From Thermoanaerobaculia bacterium (GTDB lineage: Bacteria > Acidobacteriota > Thermoanaerobaculia > UBA5066): a DNA stretch of 64,000 nt. The notes under the pieces were generated by a model that did no database searches, had not been told where the DNA came from, and saw only the letters and a list, made by a program, of their open reading frames with translations. Numbering within the stretch: position 1 is the stretch's first letter; each line of letters starts with the position of its first letter. The position numbers and the translations under genes were made by a program. Location of the stretch: positions 480,001 to 544,000 of the forward strand of contig CAWFJJ010000024.1 in the NCBI GenBank assembly GCA_963816185.1, in the 5' to 3' direction. Below, piece by piece: positions 1-8,959 of the stretch.

Positions 1-1
1 T

Positions 2-394
2 GAGGGCATCCTCCTCGTCGCGGATCCGGGCCGCGTACCCTGGCTCAAGGCGCTTGCAGGCGAGACGCTCTCGGTTCATCCCGAGAGGCTCCTCGCGTTC
101 GAAAGCGCGCTCACGTGCCGCGCCGACGTGACGCCGGACGCGGGCGACCGCACGGCGCCTCCGTTCCTGAAGCTCTCGGGCAGCGGGGCCGTGGCTCTCG
201 CCGTCTCGTCCGAGCCGGCTCGATTCGAGGTCCAGGAGGGTCAGCCGCTCGCGATCGCCGCACGCGCGGTCGTCGCGTACGGGGGCGAAGTCCTGCCTGA
301 GCTCCTCGCGGACTCCGATCCGCTCTCGGGCCTCGGCGCGGGCGCCTCGATGCGCTTCAGCGGAACCGGTTTCGTCCTGGCCGACGCGCGCTAA
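2..394 (+). CDS. AIM24 (DUF124)-like protein, 5' partial
   Basis: Open frame from the window edge (EGILLVADPG...LLAFESAL...FLKLSGSGAVAL...MRFSGTGFVL); the repeated LSGxG/FSGxG pattern is typical of AIM24 proteins. Confidence 0.6.
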   Translation, partial: EGILLVADPGRVPWLKALAGETLSVHPERLLAFESALTCRADVTPDAGDRTAPPFLKLSGSGAVALAVSSEPARFEVQEGQPLAIAARAVVAYGGEVLPELLADSDPLSGLGAGASMRFSGTGFVLADAR

Positions 395-402
395 AAGAGC
401 TC

Positions 403-489
403 GGTGGGCCGGTGTGCCCTCCTCCTTCGCGCGTGAACTCGCTTCGCTCAGACAGCACGCGCGTGCGTCGGAAGGTACATCGGCCCGCC
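403..489. repeat. REP/MITE-like palindromic element between convergent genes
   Basis: Outer imperfect inverted repeat 403-422/470-489, inner GCGCGTG/CACGCGC stem, loop AACTCGCTTCGCTCAGACA. Confidence 0.65.
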
Positions 490-495
490 TCGCGA

Positions 496-1920
496 TTACC
501 TGAAAGGGCTGAGTTTCGTGAGCGAGGCCTGCGTCTCGTCGAGGAGCCTTCCGATCAAAGCCGGATCCTCGTGCTCCGCGTAGATCCGGATGATGGGCTC
601 GGTGCCTGAGAGCCGGTGGAGAAGCCACCCGCGAGAGCCGAACAGCAGCTTCACTCCGTCCATGTCGTCCACGCCCGTCACGAGCTCGCCGCAACGTGAG
701 GGAGGCGGGTTGGAGCGAAGGTTCTCGATGAACGCGCGCAGGACCGGCATCGGAAGGTGGAGATCGCGGCGGCCGTACGCGAGAGCGCCGTACGCGGCGT
801 CTTGCCCGGCGACGATCGTCTCGAGGGTCCCGCCCGAGTGCGCGATCGCTTCGAGGACGAGCAGCGCCGAAAGGACTCCGTCGCGCTCGGGCAGGTGGAA
901 GGAGACCCCCAGGCCGCCCGACTCCTCGCCGCCGATCACGACCTCGCCGGAGAGCATCTTCGCAGCGATGTGCTTGAAGCCGACCGGCGTGACGTGGAGA
1001 GGCACGCCGAGGCGCGAGGCGACCCGGTCGAGGAGCAGCGACGTCGAGAACGTCTTCGCGATGCCGCCGCGGATGCGCCCCCGAACGGTGAGGCTCTCGG
1101 CGAGGAGCGCGAGGACGCGATGCGGCGTGACGAAGCGGCCGCCGGAGTCCAGCACCCCGAGCCGGTCGCCGTCCCCGTCGCTCGCGAGGACGACGTCGAA
1201 CCGCTCCGTGGCGAGGACCTGTCGCGCCTCGGCGAGATTCTCGGGAATCGGCTCGGGATTGACGCCGCCGAAGAGCGGATCGCGGTTCGCGCGGAGCGAG
1301 ACGACGGTCGTCGGGTGGCCGGTGCCGACGATCGTCTCGAGGAGCGTCCCGGAGGCTCCGTGGATCGCGTCGAAGAGAACCCTCAGGCCGGCCCGGCGGA
1401 TCGCGTCGAGATCGACGAGGCCCGCGAGCGCGTCGCGGTAAGGGGTTGCGAGGTCGAGCGTTTCGACGGAGCCCCCTGCCTTTTTCGGGACGGGCCGGTC
1501 CACGGCGCGCGCAACGGCGTCGTACGTGGCGGGCGTCGCGCTGCCCCCGAACGAGGATTTCACCTTCACGCCGTTCCAGAGCGGCGGATTGTGCGACGCG
1601 GTGATCGCCAGGCCCGCCCGCAGGCCCCGGGAAGCCACGTGCCACGAGGCGCAGGGCGTGGGGACAGGGCGATCCGAAAGGAGAACGTGGAAACCGTGCG
1701 AGGCGAGGTGCGCGGCGCTCTCGGCCGACAGCTCCGGCGAGAGGAAGCGCGTGTCGAAGACGACCGGGAGCGTCCATGGATCTCCCGGCTCGACGTTCGC
1801 CGCGTCGATCGTCCATGCAGCGGCCGCCGTCACGACACGGCGAACGGCATCGAACGTGAGATCGCGGGCGATCCGGCCGCGCCAGCCGTCGGTGCCGAAG
1901 ACGATGGGTACGTTTTCCAT
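496..1920 (-). CDS. Phosphoglucomutase/phosphomannomutase family protein
   Basis: FGTDGWRG, TASHNP, DGDGDR, GEESGG and RLSGTEP motifs; true start MENVP at 1920. Confidence 0.95.
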   Translation of the reverse strand: MENVPIVFGTDGWRGRIARDLTFDAVRRVVTAAAAWTIDAANVEPGDPWTLPVVFDTRFLSPELSAESAAHLASHGFHVLLSDRPVPTPCASWHVASRGLRAGLAITASHNPPLWNGVKVKSSFGGSATPATYDAVARAVDRPVPKKAGGSVETLDLATPYRDALAGLVDLDAIRRAGLRVLFDAIHGASGTLLETIVGTGHPTTVVSLRANRDPLFGGVNPEPIPENLAEARQVLATERFDVVLASDGDGDRLGVLDSGGRFVTPHRVLALLAESLTVRGRIRGGIAKTFSTSLLLDRVASRLGVPLHVTPVGFKHIAAKMLSGEVVIGGEESGGLGVSFHLPERDGVLSALLVLEAIAHSGGTLETIVAGQDAAYGALAYGRRDLHLPMPVLRAFIENLRSNPPPSRCGELVTGVDDMDGVKLLFGSRGWLLHRLSGTEPIIRIYAEHEDPALIGRLLDETQASLTKLSPFR

Positions 1921-2001
1921 GGGACAGCCGATTGTCGGGGAGCGCACCGGGCCTGTCCAGCGCGGCGCTTGTGATGCTCGCGGGTCTAGAATTGGTGTCC
2001 G

Positions 2002-2640
2002 GTGTTCTTCAACGTTCCCAACGCGCTCACGCTTTTTCGCATTTTTCTCGTTCCGCTTCTCGTCGTCATCCTCCTGACGAAACTCCCGGCCCGCGAGTAC
2101 CTGGCGCTCGCCGTTTTCCTCCTGGCCGCGATCACCGACTGGCTGGATGGCTTCTGGGCCCGGCGCTTCAAGAAAGTGACGACGCTGGGGATGCTCCTGG
2201 ACCCCATCGCGGACAAGCTCCTGGTCTCGGCCGCTCTGATCTCGCTCGTGGACCTGCAGGAAGCCGACGCATGGGCCGTGTGCATCATCATCGGACGCGA
2301 GTTCGCGGTGACGGGCCTGCGCTCGATCGGCGTGAGCCACGGCTTCATGATCGCCGCCTCGAAGCTCGGCAAATGGAAGATGGCCAGCCAGATCGTCGGG
2401 ATCTCGCTCATGATCATGGGTGGAAAGCTCGACGACATCGGCCTCTGGCGAAAGACGGGCCGGGCCGCTCTTTACGTGATGACGGCGATGGCGCTCATCT
2501 CGGGGATCGACTACTTCCGGAGATTCCTCAAGCCGCTGCTCGCGAAAGAGCGCGAGGAAGCGTCCGCGCTGGCCGCGGCGTCCGCCGCGGGGCCTCAGCG
2601 CGCTGAGCCTGAGGCGCGCCTCCGGAAGACCGCCCTGTAA
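2002..2640 (+). CDS. pgsA: CDP-diacylglycerol--glycerol-3-phosphate 3-phosphatidyltransferase
   Basis: NVPNALTLFRI; TDWLDGFWAR...G..LDPIADK CDP-alcohol phosphotransferase motif; GKWKM. Confidence 0.93.
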   Translation: MFFNVPNALTLFRIFLVPLLVVILLTKLPAREYLALAVFLLAAITDWLDGFWARRFKKVTTLGMLLDPIADKLLVSAALISLVDLQEADAWAVCIIIGREFAVTGLRSIGVSHGFMIAASKLGKWKMASQIVGISLMIMGGKLDDIGLWRKTGRAALYVMTAMALISGIDYFRRFLKPLLAKEREEASALAAASAAGPQRAEPEARLRKTAL

Positions 2641-3260
2641 ATCGGCCTGCCCGTCTTCCTGAATTTCACCTCGTAGCTCGTCCCCGGCGACCAGTCGCCC
2701 GCCTCTTCGGGCGCGAGCTTCTCGAGGAGAGGCTCCGACGAGAGCACCTCGTCGATCAACGCGAAGTACTCCTCGTGGTCCGAGGCGACGCGAAGGAGGC
2801 ACGCGGGTGCAAGGGCGCGCGCGGCGGCCTCCGCCCAGGCGGCATCCACGAGACGGCGCTTGTGGTGCCGCTTCTTCGGCCACGGGTCCGGGAAGTAGAC
2901 GTGGAGGCCGGCGAGGCAGCCCGGGGAGAGGCGGCGCATCACGAACGCCTTGCCGTCGAGGCGTTCGACCCGGAGGTTCGAGAGGCCCGCGCGCGCGGCC
3001 CTGAGGCGCACGATCGCCGCGTACTCGGGCTCGATCTCGACGCCGAACCAGTTTCGGTCGGCCCGGGCGGCCGCGGCTGCGAGGAGGAACGAGCCCTTGC
3101 CGACTCCGATCTCCATCTCGACGGGGGCGACGCGCCCGAAGACGGCGGAGAAGTCGACGACGCCCGCGTCCTCCGGCTCGCCCGGCAGGAAGATCCTCGG
3201 CGGGGGAATCCGGCCCTGGTTCCGCGGGCCGGCGGCGCGCGGCACGCGTGGCGGGATCAT
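2595..3260 (-). CDS. trmB: tRNA (guanine-N7)-methyltransferase
   Basis: EIGVGKG, FPDPWPKKRHHKRRL, SDHEEY and TSYEVK motifs. Confidence 0.92.
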   Translation of the reverse strand: MIPPRVPRAAGPRNQGRIPPPRIFLPGEPEDAGVVDFSAVFGRVAPVEMEIGVGKGSFLLAAAAARADRNWFGVEIEPEYAAIVRLRAARAGLSNLRVERLDGKAFVMRRLSPGCLAGLHVYFPDPWPKKRHHKRRLVDAAWAEAAARALAPACLLRVASDHEEYFALIDEVLSSEPLLEKLAPEEAGDWSPGTSYEVKFRKTGRPIYRAVFRRRASGSAR

Positions 3261-3297
3261 CGCCCCGGCGCGGCGGAGCGCCCGCCGGATGGACGGC

Positions 3298-3591
3298 CTA
3301 GACAAGGATCGCCCTCGGGATCGGCACGACGCGCACCCCCACGTCGCCCTCGATGCGCGCCTGGCAGCCGAGGCGCACGTTCTCTCCGAGCTCGTAGGCG
3401 ACCTCGTTCGGCTGGATCGGCGAGAGGTTCTCGGGGTTGAGGACGCACGCGACGCGGCAGGTGGAGCACGTGCCGCCGCCGCCGCAGACGTTGCCGATCG
3501 CGACCCCGAGCTCCAGCGCGACGTCGAGCACCGTCCGGCCGGCGGCGACATGCGCCCGCTTGCCCTCGTTCAGGAAGACGATCCTGGGCAA
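3298..3591 (-). CDS. 2Fe-2S ferredoxin
   Basis: CGGGGTCSTCRV...RLGCQ; TTG start preceded by GGAG. Confidence 0.88.
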   Translation of the reverse strand: MPRIVFLNEGKRAHVAAGRTVLDVALELGVAIGNVCGGGGTCSTCRVACVLNPENLSPIQPNEVAYELGENVRLGCQARIEGDVGVRVVPIPRAILV

Positions 3592-3602
3592 CGCGTCTCC
3601 GT

Positions 3603-4610
3603 TCAGAGCTTCGCGGCGACGGCCCGGGCGAACTGCTGCGTCGTCGCCGTCCCGCCGATGTCGCGGGTCCTCGCGTCGCCTTCCTCGAGAGCCGAGAAGA
3701 GAGCCTTTTCGACGCGCACGGCGCACGCCTCGTCACCGATGTGGCGGAGCATCATCACGGCCGAGAGAAGAAGCGCAGTCGGGTTCGCGATGCCCTTGCC
3801 CGCGATGTCGGGGGCCGAACCGTGCACGGACTCGAAGACGGCGCACGTCTCGCCGAGGTTCGCCCCGGGCGTCACGCCGAGCCCCCCGACGAGACCGGAG
3901 GCGAGGTCGCTGATGATGTCCCCGTAGAGATTGTCGAGGAGAAGCATGTCGAACTGCTTCGGGTTCATGACGAGCTTCATGCACGCCGCGTCGACGATGA
4001 CGTCGTTCACCACGATGTCGGGGAAGTTCGCCGCGACGTTCCGGCAGCTCTCGAGGAAGAGTCCGTCCGAGAGCTTCATGATGTTCGCCTTGTGCACGAT
4101 CGTCACCTTCTTGCGGCCGAGCGCGCGGGCGAACTCGAAGGCGAAGCGCGCGATGCGCGTGGACGCTTTTTCGGTGATGACCTTGATGGACTCGACGACG
4201 CCCGGCACGACGACGTGCTCGATTCCGGAGTAGAGGCTCTCGGTGTTCTCGCGGACGACGACGAGGTCGAGGTCGCCGTAGCGGGACGCGACGCCGGGAA
4301 CGTTCTTCACGGGCCTCAGGTTCGCGTAGAGGTCGAGGTCCTGGCGAAGAGTCACGTTCACGCTTCTGAAACCCTTGCCGACCGGCGTCGTGACCGGGCC
4401 CTTGAGACAGACCTTCGTCCGCCGGATGGAGGCGAGCGTCGCGGGAGGGAGCGGCATTCCGGAGACCTTGATGCTCGCCTCTCCGGCGTCGTGGCGCTCC
4501 CAGGCGAGGCCGGCTCCGGCGGCCTCGAGAATGGTCGTCACGGCGGCCGTGATCTCGGGCCCGATGCCGTCGCCGGGGATGAGGGTTACGACACGGGGAG
4601 ATGACGTCAC
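3603..4610 (-). CDS. icd: Isocitrate/isopropylmalate dehydrogenase family (NAD-IDH type)
   Basis: GDGIGPE, KGPVTTP, SVNVTLR, RENTE, HKANIMK, NLYGDIISD and HGSAPDIAG motifs. Confidence 0.88.
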   Translation of the reverse strand: MTSSPRVVTLIPGDGIGPEITAAVTTILEAAGAGLAWERHDAGEASIKVSGMPLPPATLASIRRTKVCLKGPVTTPVGKGFRSVNVTLRQDLDLYANLRPVKNVPGVASRYGDLDLVVVRENTESLYSGIEHVVVPGVVESIKVITEKASTRIARFAFEFARALGRKKVTIVHKANIMKLSDGLFLESCRNVAANFPDIVVNDVIVDAACMKLVMNPKQFDMLLLDNLYGDIISDLASGLVGGLGVTPGANLGETCAVFESVHGSAPDIAGKGIANPTALLLSAVMMLRHIGDEACAVRVEKALFSALEEGDARTRDIGGTATTQQFARAVAAKL

Positions 4611-4615
4611 GTCCT

Positions 4616-5893
4616 TCAGGCCTTTCGTGCGTCGGCCGGCACCGCCGGGGGAGCCGCCGGTACGCGGAGGATGCGGATTCGTTCGATGGCGCGGGGCGAG
4701 GCACGCTCGACGAGGAACTCGAGATCGCTCTCCCGGATGCGCGCTCCGGATCGCGGAATGCGACCGAACTTCCGAAGCAGGAAGCCGGCGACGGTCTCGT
4801 CGTCCGGGTCGTCGAACGAGGCTCCCAGGTCCCGCTCGAGCGACGCCAGAGGATACCCTCCTTCGACGAGAAGCGACGTGCCGTCGCGTTCGGGGCGGCC
4901 CGCAGGCTCGTCGTGCTCGTCGAAGATGTCGCCCACGATCTGCTCGATGAGGTCCTCCAGCGTGACGAGGCCGGCCACGGCGCCGCTCTCGTCCACGACG
5001 ACCGCCATGTGGAACCGGCGGCGCCGCATTTCACGGAAGAGGTCTTCGGAACGCTTGAGCTCGGGCACGAAGACCGCGGGACGCAGGTGACGGCTCATCT
5101 CGAAAGTCTTCTCTTCCGAATCGGAGACGTCGAAAAGATCCTTCACGTGGAGGATCCCGACGATGTCGTCGGTGTTCTGCCGGAAAACCGGATACCGGCT
5201 GTAGCGATGCTCGCGGCATACCGCCTCGACCTGCTCGAAGGTCGCGACGACCGGCAGGAGAACGATGCGCGCGCGGGGGACCATGGCCTCCTTGACCGGT
5301 GTGTGCCCGAACGCGAGGACCGCATGGAGGAGCTCGCTTTCCTCGCGTTTGATGCCGCCCTGCTCACGGGAGAGGTTGATGACGCTTTTCACGTCCTCGC
5401 CGGTGACGTCCGCCGGCTCGTCGGCGCCGAACGGACCGAGGATCCACCGTGCGAGCGCCGAGAGGAGGTGCGTCAGCGGCGCGAGGAGCCGCACGAAGAA
5501 CGCGATCGGGCCGACGAAGAGGAGCGCGATGCGTTCGGGCCTTCTCGCGGCGAGCGTCTTCGGCGTGACCTCCGAGACGACGAGGAGGAGGAGGGTCGTC
5601 AGGACCGTCGCGATGAGGACGCCCCACTTCTCTCCGAAAGCGGAGATCGCGAGGCCGGCGCCGATCGAGCCCGCGGCGGCGTTCGCGAGCGTGTTGCCGA
5701 CGAGGAGGGTGCCGAGCGTGCGCGGGAGATCGTCCCGCATCCTCTCGAGCCGCTCGGCGCTCCTCTCGCCCGCGCTCTTCATGCGGAAGATCGCCGCGTC
5801 GGTCAGCGAGGTGATCGCCGTCTCGGCGGACGAGAAGAACGCGGACGCGCTCGCGCAAAGCACGTAGAGCGCCACGAGGATCGGGCCGCTCAT
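4616..5893 (-). CDS. Hemolysin/CNNM family protein (DUF21-CBS-CorC)
   Basis: FFSSAETA, EVTPKTLA, MVPR, YSRYPV, VVDESG, TLEDLIEQIVGDIFDEHD. Confidence 0.92.
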   Translation of the reverse strand: MSGPILVALYVLCASASAFFSSAETAITSLTDAAIFRMKSAGERSAERLERMRDDLPRTLGTLLVGNTLANAAAGSIGAGLAISAFGEKWGVLIATVLTTLLLLVVSEVTPKTLAARRPERIALLFVGPIAFFVRLLAPLTHLLSALARWILGPFGADEPADVTGEDVKSVINLSREQGGIKREESELLHAVLAFGHTPVKEAMVPRARIVLLPVVATFEQVEAVCREHRYSRYPVFRQNTDDIVGILHVKDLFDVSDSEEKTFEMSRHLRPAVFVPELKRSEDLFREMRRRRFHMAVVVDESGAVAGLVTLEDLIEQIVGDIFDEHDEPAGRPERDGTSLLVEGGYPLASLERDLGASFDDPDDETVAGFLLRKFGRIPRSGARIRESDLEFLVERASPRAIERIRILRVPAAPPAVPADARKA

Positions 5894-6711
5894 CGCGAGC
5901 CGCCGCCGTCGAGCGCCCAACCCGCTCCGCGCCTCGCGATGCGCAGCGGATCCAGAGACTCGCCTTCGCAGGGTCCGCCGACGCAGAGCCCGTCCTCCGG
6001 CACGAATAGGGCGCCGTGGTTGCGGCAGACGAGAAAGAGGCCGTCAGCGGTGAGAAGCGGCTCGCCGTCCCGGTCGAGGGGGAGCGACACGTGAGGGCAC
6101 ACGTTGCAGTAGGCGCGCGCCCCGTCCGGTGTCGCGACGAGGAGGCCGGAGACGACTCCCGCGCCGTTCGGGCGGGGTTTTCGGAACGCCAAGGCGCGGA
6201 TCGAAGAGATCGATTCGGAGTCTTCTATGAAAGGGGAGCGGGATGCGAGCGTGCGAACGAGGTCCCGGCCTTCGTCGGACTCGGTGTCCGCGAAGTCGCC
6301 GCCCTCGGCTTCCTCGAGGAGGTGACGCAGGACCGCGGCGTCGCCGGGGGGCGTGGGGAGAAGGCGGGCCTCCGCCGCGGGCGAGAACCTCACGGCGTCC
6401 ACGGCGGCGGCGCGCGGCGCGCCGGCCAGCCCCCCTATTCGAAGAAACAGCAGCGTCACGTGCTGCGATGAGCCTCCCGGCGCCGCTCCGGGGATGGTCT
6501 CGAACCTCCATGGCGCGAGCGCAACCGGCGTGACGTCCATCTCCTCCTTCCACTCCCTGACGAGCGCTTCCTCCGGGGTCTCCCCGTCCTCGACTTTGCC
6601 GCCGGGCAGCTCCCACACTCCGGGCCAGGCCCCGCCGTCCGGCCGGCGCGACATGAGGAGCCGACCCTCGCGGACGAAGATTCCCGCGACGACGAGCCTC
6701 GTCCCGCTCAT
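5890..6711 (-). CDS. NUDIX (MutT/NudG-like) hydrolase fused to a C-terminal Rieske 2Fe-2S domain
   Basis: Nudix box GGKVEDGETPEEALVREWKEEM; Rieske ligands CPH...CRNHG plus GPC in the same frame. Confidence 0.8.
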   Translation of the reverse strand: MSGTRLVVAGIFVREGRLLMSRRPDGGAWPGVWELPGGKVEDGETPEEALVREWKEEMDVTPVALAPWRFETIPGAAPGGSSQHVTLLFLRIGGLAGAPRAAAVDAVRFSPAAEARLLPTPPGDAAVLRHLLEEAEGGDFADTESDEGRDLVRTLASRSPFIEDSESISSIRALAFRKPRPNGAGVVSGLLVATPDGARAYCNVCPHVSLPLDRDGEPLLTADGLFLVCRNHGALFVPEDGLCVGGPCEGESLDPLRIARRGAGWALDGGGSR

Positions 6712-7673
6712 CGGGGCGCCTTGCGGCGGAGAGCGGCGGCGGCATTCCGTGCGAGGCCTTCACGCGTGGCCCGCCAGATCGACGAGCCGAAGAAGCGTGC
6801 ACGAAACGCGTCGGCTCCGAGCGCGAGGATCTCCTCGGGGTCGAGGGACGCGGCGGGTCCTCCGTGCCCCGCGCTTCGGGCGCCGTTGAACGGACAAACG
6901 TCCTGACACTCGTCGCACCCGAAGAGACGACCCGAGAGAGCGGCCTCTTCCGCCGGCGTGAACGGTGTCCGCTTCTCGATCGTGAGATACGAGATGCATT
7001 TCCTCCCGTCGAGGACGCGCGGCTCGACGAAGGCGGCCGTGGGGCATGCGTCGAGGCAGGCCGTGCACGTCCCGCAGCGGTCCGCGCCCGGATCGGCGGG
7101 CGAGGCGGTCGGCGCGAGGGCGGCGTCGGTCAGGATCTCGCCGAGGACCACGTGCGAGCCGATGCCCGGCACGATCAGGAGTCCGTTCTTGCCGAGGAAG
7201 CCGAGGCCGGCGCGCGCCGCGACCTCGCGCTCGAGAAGAGGCGCCGTGTCGACGCAGACGCGGAAATGCGTGCCGCCCGGCGCGAGCGGGCGCAGATCCT
7301 CGATGACGGCCCGGAGGTGCCGGCGCACGACGCGGTGGTAGTCCTCGCCCCGCGCGAACTTCGCCACGTTGCCCGGCCCGTGGTCTTGCACTTCTCGCGC
7401 CACCGCGAGGACCGATCGCGTGTAGGGCAGGATCGCATCGAAGCGCTCGCGGGCCGCGGCGTCGCGCTCGAGGTACGCCATCTCCCCGTGGAGGCCTTTC
7501 TCGAGCCACACGCGGTAGCGCTCGAACGAGAGAGGCCGCGAAGCGGCCAGCACGCCGGCGGCCGCGAAGCCGTGGGCGCGCGCGGATTCGACCGCGGCCT
7601 TTGAAAGGCCGGCGGGATCGGCGGGAAGAGGAGGTGGCGGCTGGCGCGGAACGCGCGAAAAGGCGGGCCGCAT
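6708..7673 (-). CDS. queG: Epoxyqueuosine reductase
   Basis: DYH, VDTAPLLER, GKNG, CGTCTACLDACPT, CISYLTIE and FGCDECQDVCP motifs. Confidence 0.93.
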   Translation of the reverse strand: MRPAFSRVPRQPPPPLPADPAGLSKAAVESARAHGFAAAGVLAASRPLSFERYRVWLEKGLHGEMAYLERDAAARERFDAILPYTRSVLAVAREVQDHGPGNVAKFARGEDYHRVVRRHLRAVIEDLRPLAPGGTHFRVCVDTAPLLEREVAARAGLGFLGKNGLLIVPGIGSHVVLGEILTDAALAPTASPADPGADRCGTCTACLDACPTAAFVEPRVLDGRKCISYLTIEKRTPFTPAEEAALSGRLFGCDECQDVCPFNGARSAGHGGPAASLDPEEILALGADAFRARFFGSSIWRATREGLARNAAAALRRKAPR

Positions 7674-7718
7674 GACACTTCAGTCTACCAAGCCATTTCG
7701 TATCATCCTTCTCGTCCG

Positions 7719-8813
7719 ATGACAGCGCGCTCCCGGGGTCAGACGTACCCGCTCGCCTTCTTTTTCCTCCTCGTCTTCGGGACGGGGATTCTGTGCTTCG
7801 TCGTCCTGCGCCCGTTCCTGACCTCGATCGCCTGGAGCGTCATTCTCGCGGTCGCGCTTTGGCCTCTCTGGCTTCGCCTCAAAGCGCGCCTTTCCCGGCG
7901 CACCACGTTCGCCGCGGCGGTCTTCTCGATCTCCACCGGGGTCATCGTCCTGCTTCCGGCCGTTTTCCTCGGAAAGGCAATCGTCAACCAGGCCACTGCG
8001 GCGGTGACGTCGATCGGGGAGAAGCTGCGCGCCCGCGAGCTGCATTCGCTCAGCGACCTCCTCTCCCTCCCGGGAATCGGACCGACGCTCGGGTGGATCC
8101 AGGAGCGCACGGGTCTCTCGTCGGACGAGATGCAGTCGAGAGGAGCCGAGTTCGCGGCGAAGGCGTCGGCGTTTCTCGCCGCCAAGAGCGGGGACGTCGC
8201 GCTGTCCTTTCTCGACGCTCTGGTCACGTTCTTCCTGACGCTCTTCCTGCTCTTCTTCCTCCTGATCGACGGCGAGGAGCTGGCGGAGGCGGTCAGCGAC
8301 CTTTTCCCGATCGAGGATGCCGAACGCCACCGGATCCTTCAATCCCTCGGAGGGATGCTCGAGGCGATCTTCAAGGGCTCGCTCGTATGCGCCATGGTGC
8401 AAGGCGCCTCCGGCGGGATCTCGTGGGCGATCGCAGGCCTTCCCTCCGCGATTCTCGCGGGCGTCGCGATGGGCATCCTCTCCCTGCTTCCCGTGGGGGG
8501 CACCGCCATCGTCTGGCTGCCCGGTCTCATCGCCCTGTTCGTCCAGGGCCGGACGGGGATGGCGATTTTCTTCCTTCTCTGGAACGTCCTCGTGACGTCC
8601 TTCCTCGCCGACAACGTCCTCAAGCCTCTCCTCATCGGCAACAAAGACACGGAGCTCTCGTCGCTGATGGTGTTCCTGGGCGTGTTTGGAGGGATTCCAG
8701 CGTTCGGGCTCCTGGGTGTCTTCGTCGGTCCGATGGCGCTGGCGGCGGGTCTGATGCTCGTCCGCGTCCTGCGCTCGCTCGCCCGTGACGCGCGCGTCAG
8801 CGCAGAAGCTTGA
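7719..8813 (+). CDS. AI-2E family transporter
   Basis: Multi-TM protein with FFLLIDG, DNVLKP and GVFGG...FGLLGVFVGP. Confidence 0.9.
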   Translation: MTARSRGQTYPLAFFFLLVFGTGILCFVVLRPFLTSIAWSVILAVALWPLWLRLKARLSRRTTFAAAVFSISTGVIVLLPAVFLGKAIVNQATAAVTSIGEKLRARELHSLSDLLSLPGIGPTLGWIQERTGLSSDEMQSRGAEFAAKASAFLAAKSGDVALSFLDALVTFFLTLFLLFFLLIDGEELAEAVSDLFPIEDAERHRILQSLGGMLEAIFKGSLVCAMVQGASGGISWAIAGLPSAILAGVAMGILSLLPVGGTAIVWLPGLIALFVQGRTGMAIFFLLWNVLVTSFLADNVLKPLLIGNKDTELSSLMVFLGVFGGIPAFGLLGVFVGPMALAAGLMLVRVLRSLARDARVSAEA

Positions 8814-8919
8814 CGATGAGGACCTGAAGGACGCCGGCCGTGGCCCCGACGACGAGGACGAGCAGAAGCCAGGGAATCAGGTAGTCGTACCGGGCCGCCG
8901 CGCTCCGGAGCTTCTGCAT
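8797..8919 (-). CDS. Small 40-aa single-TM protein (not in the ORF track)
   Basis: Manual translation MQKLRSAAARYDYLIPWLLLVLVVGATAGVLQVLIVKLLR*; GAAGGAG 4 nt upstream of ATG; GC3-rich codons. Confidence 0.6.
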   Translation of the reverse strand: MQKLRSAAARYDYLIPWLLLVLVVGATAGVLQVLIVKLLR

Positions 8920-8959
8920 GAGACTCCTTCCGATCATTCGCGCTTAATATAAGCGACGC

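Noticed and set aside
496-2883. 795-aa ORF suggesting a long N-terminal extension on the phosphomutase
   Set aside because: The extension is the antisense shadow of pgsA/off-frame trmB; the family N-terminus (FGTDG) begins right after the ATG at 1920
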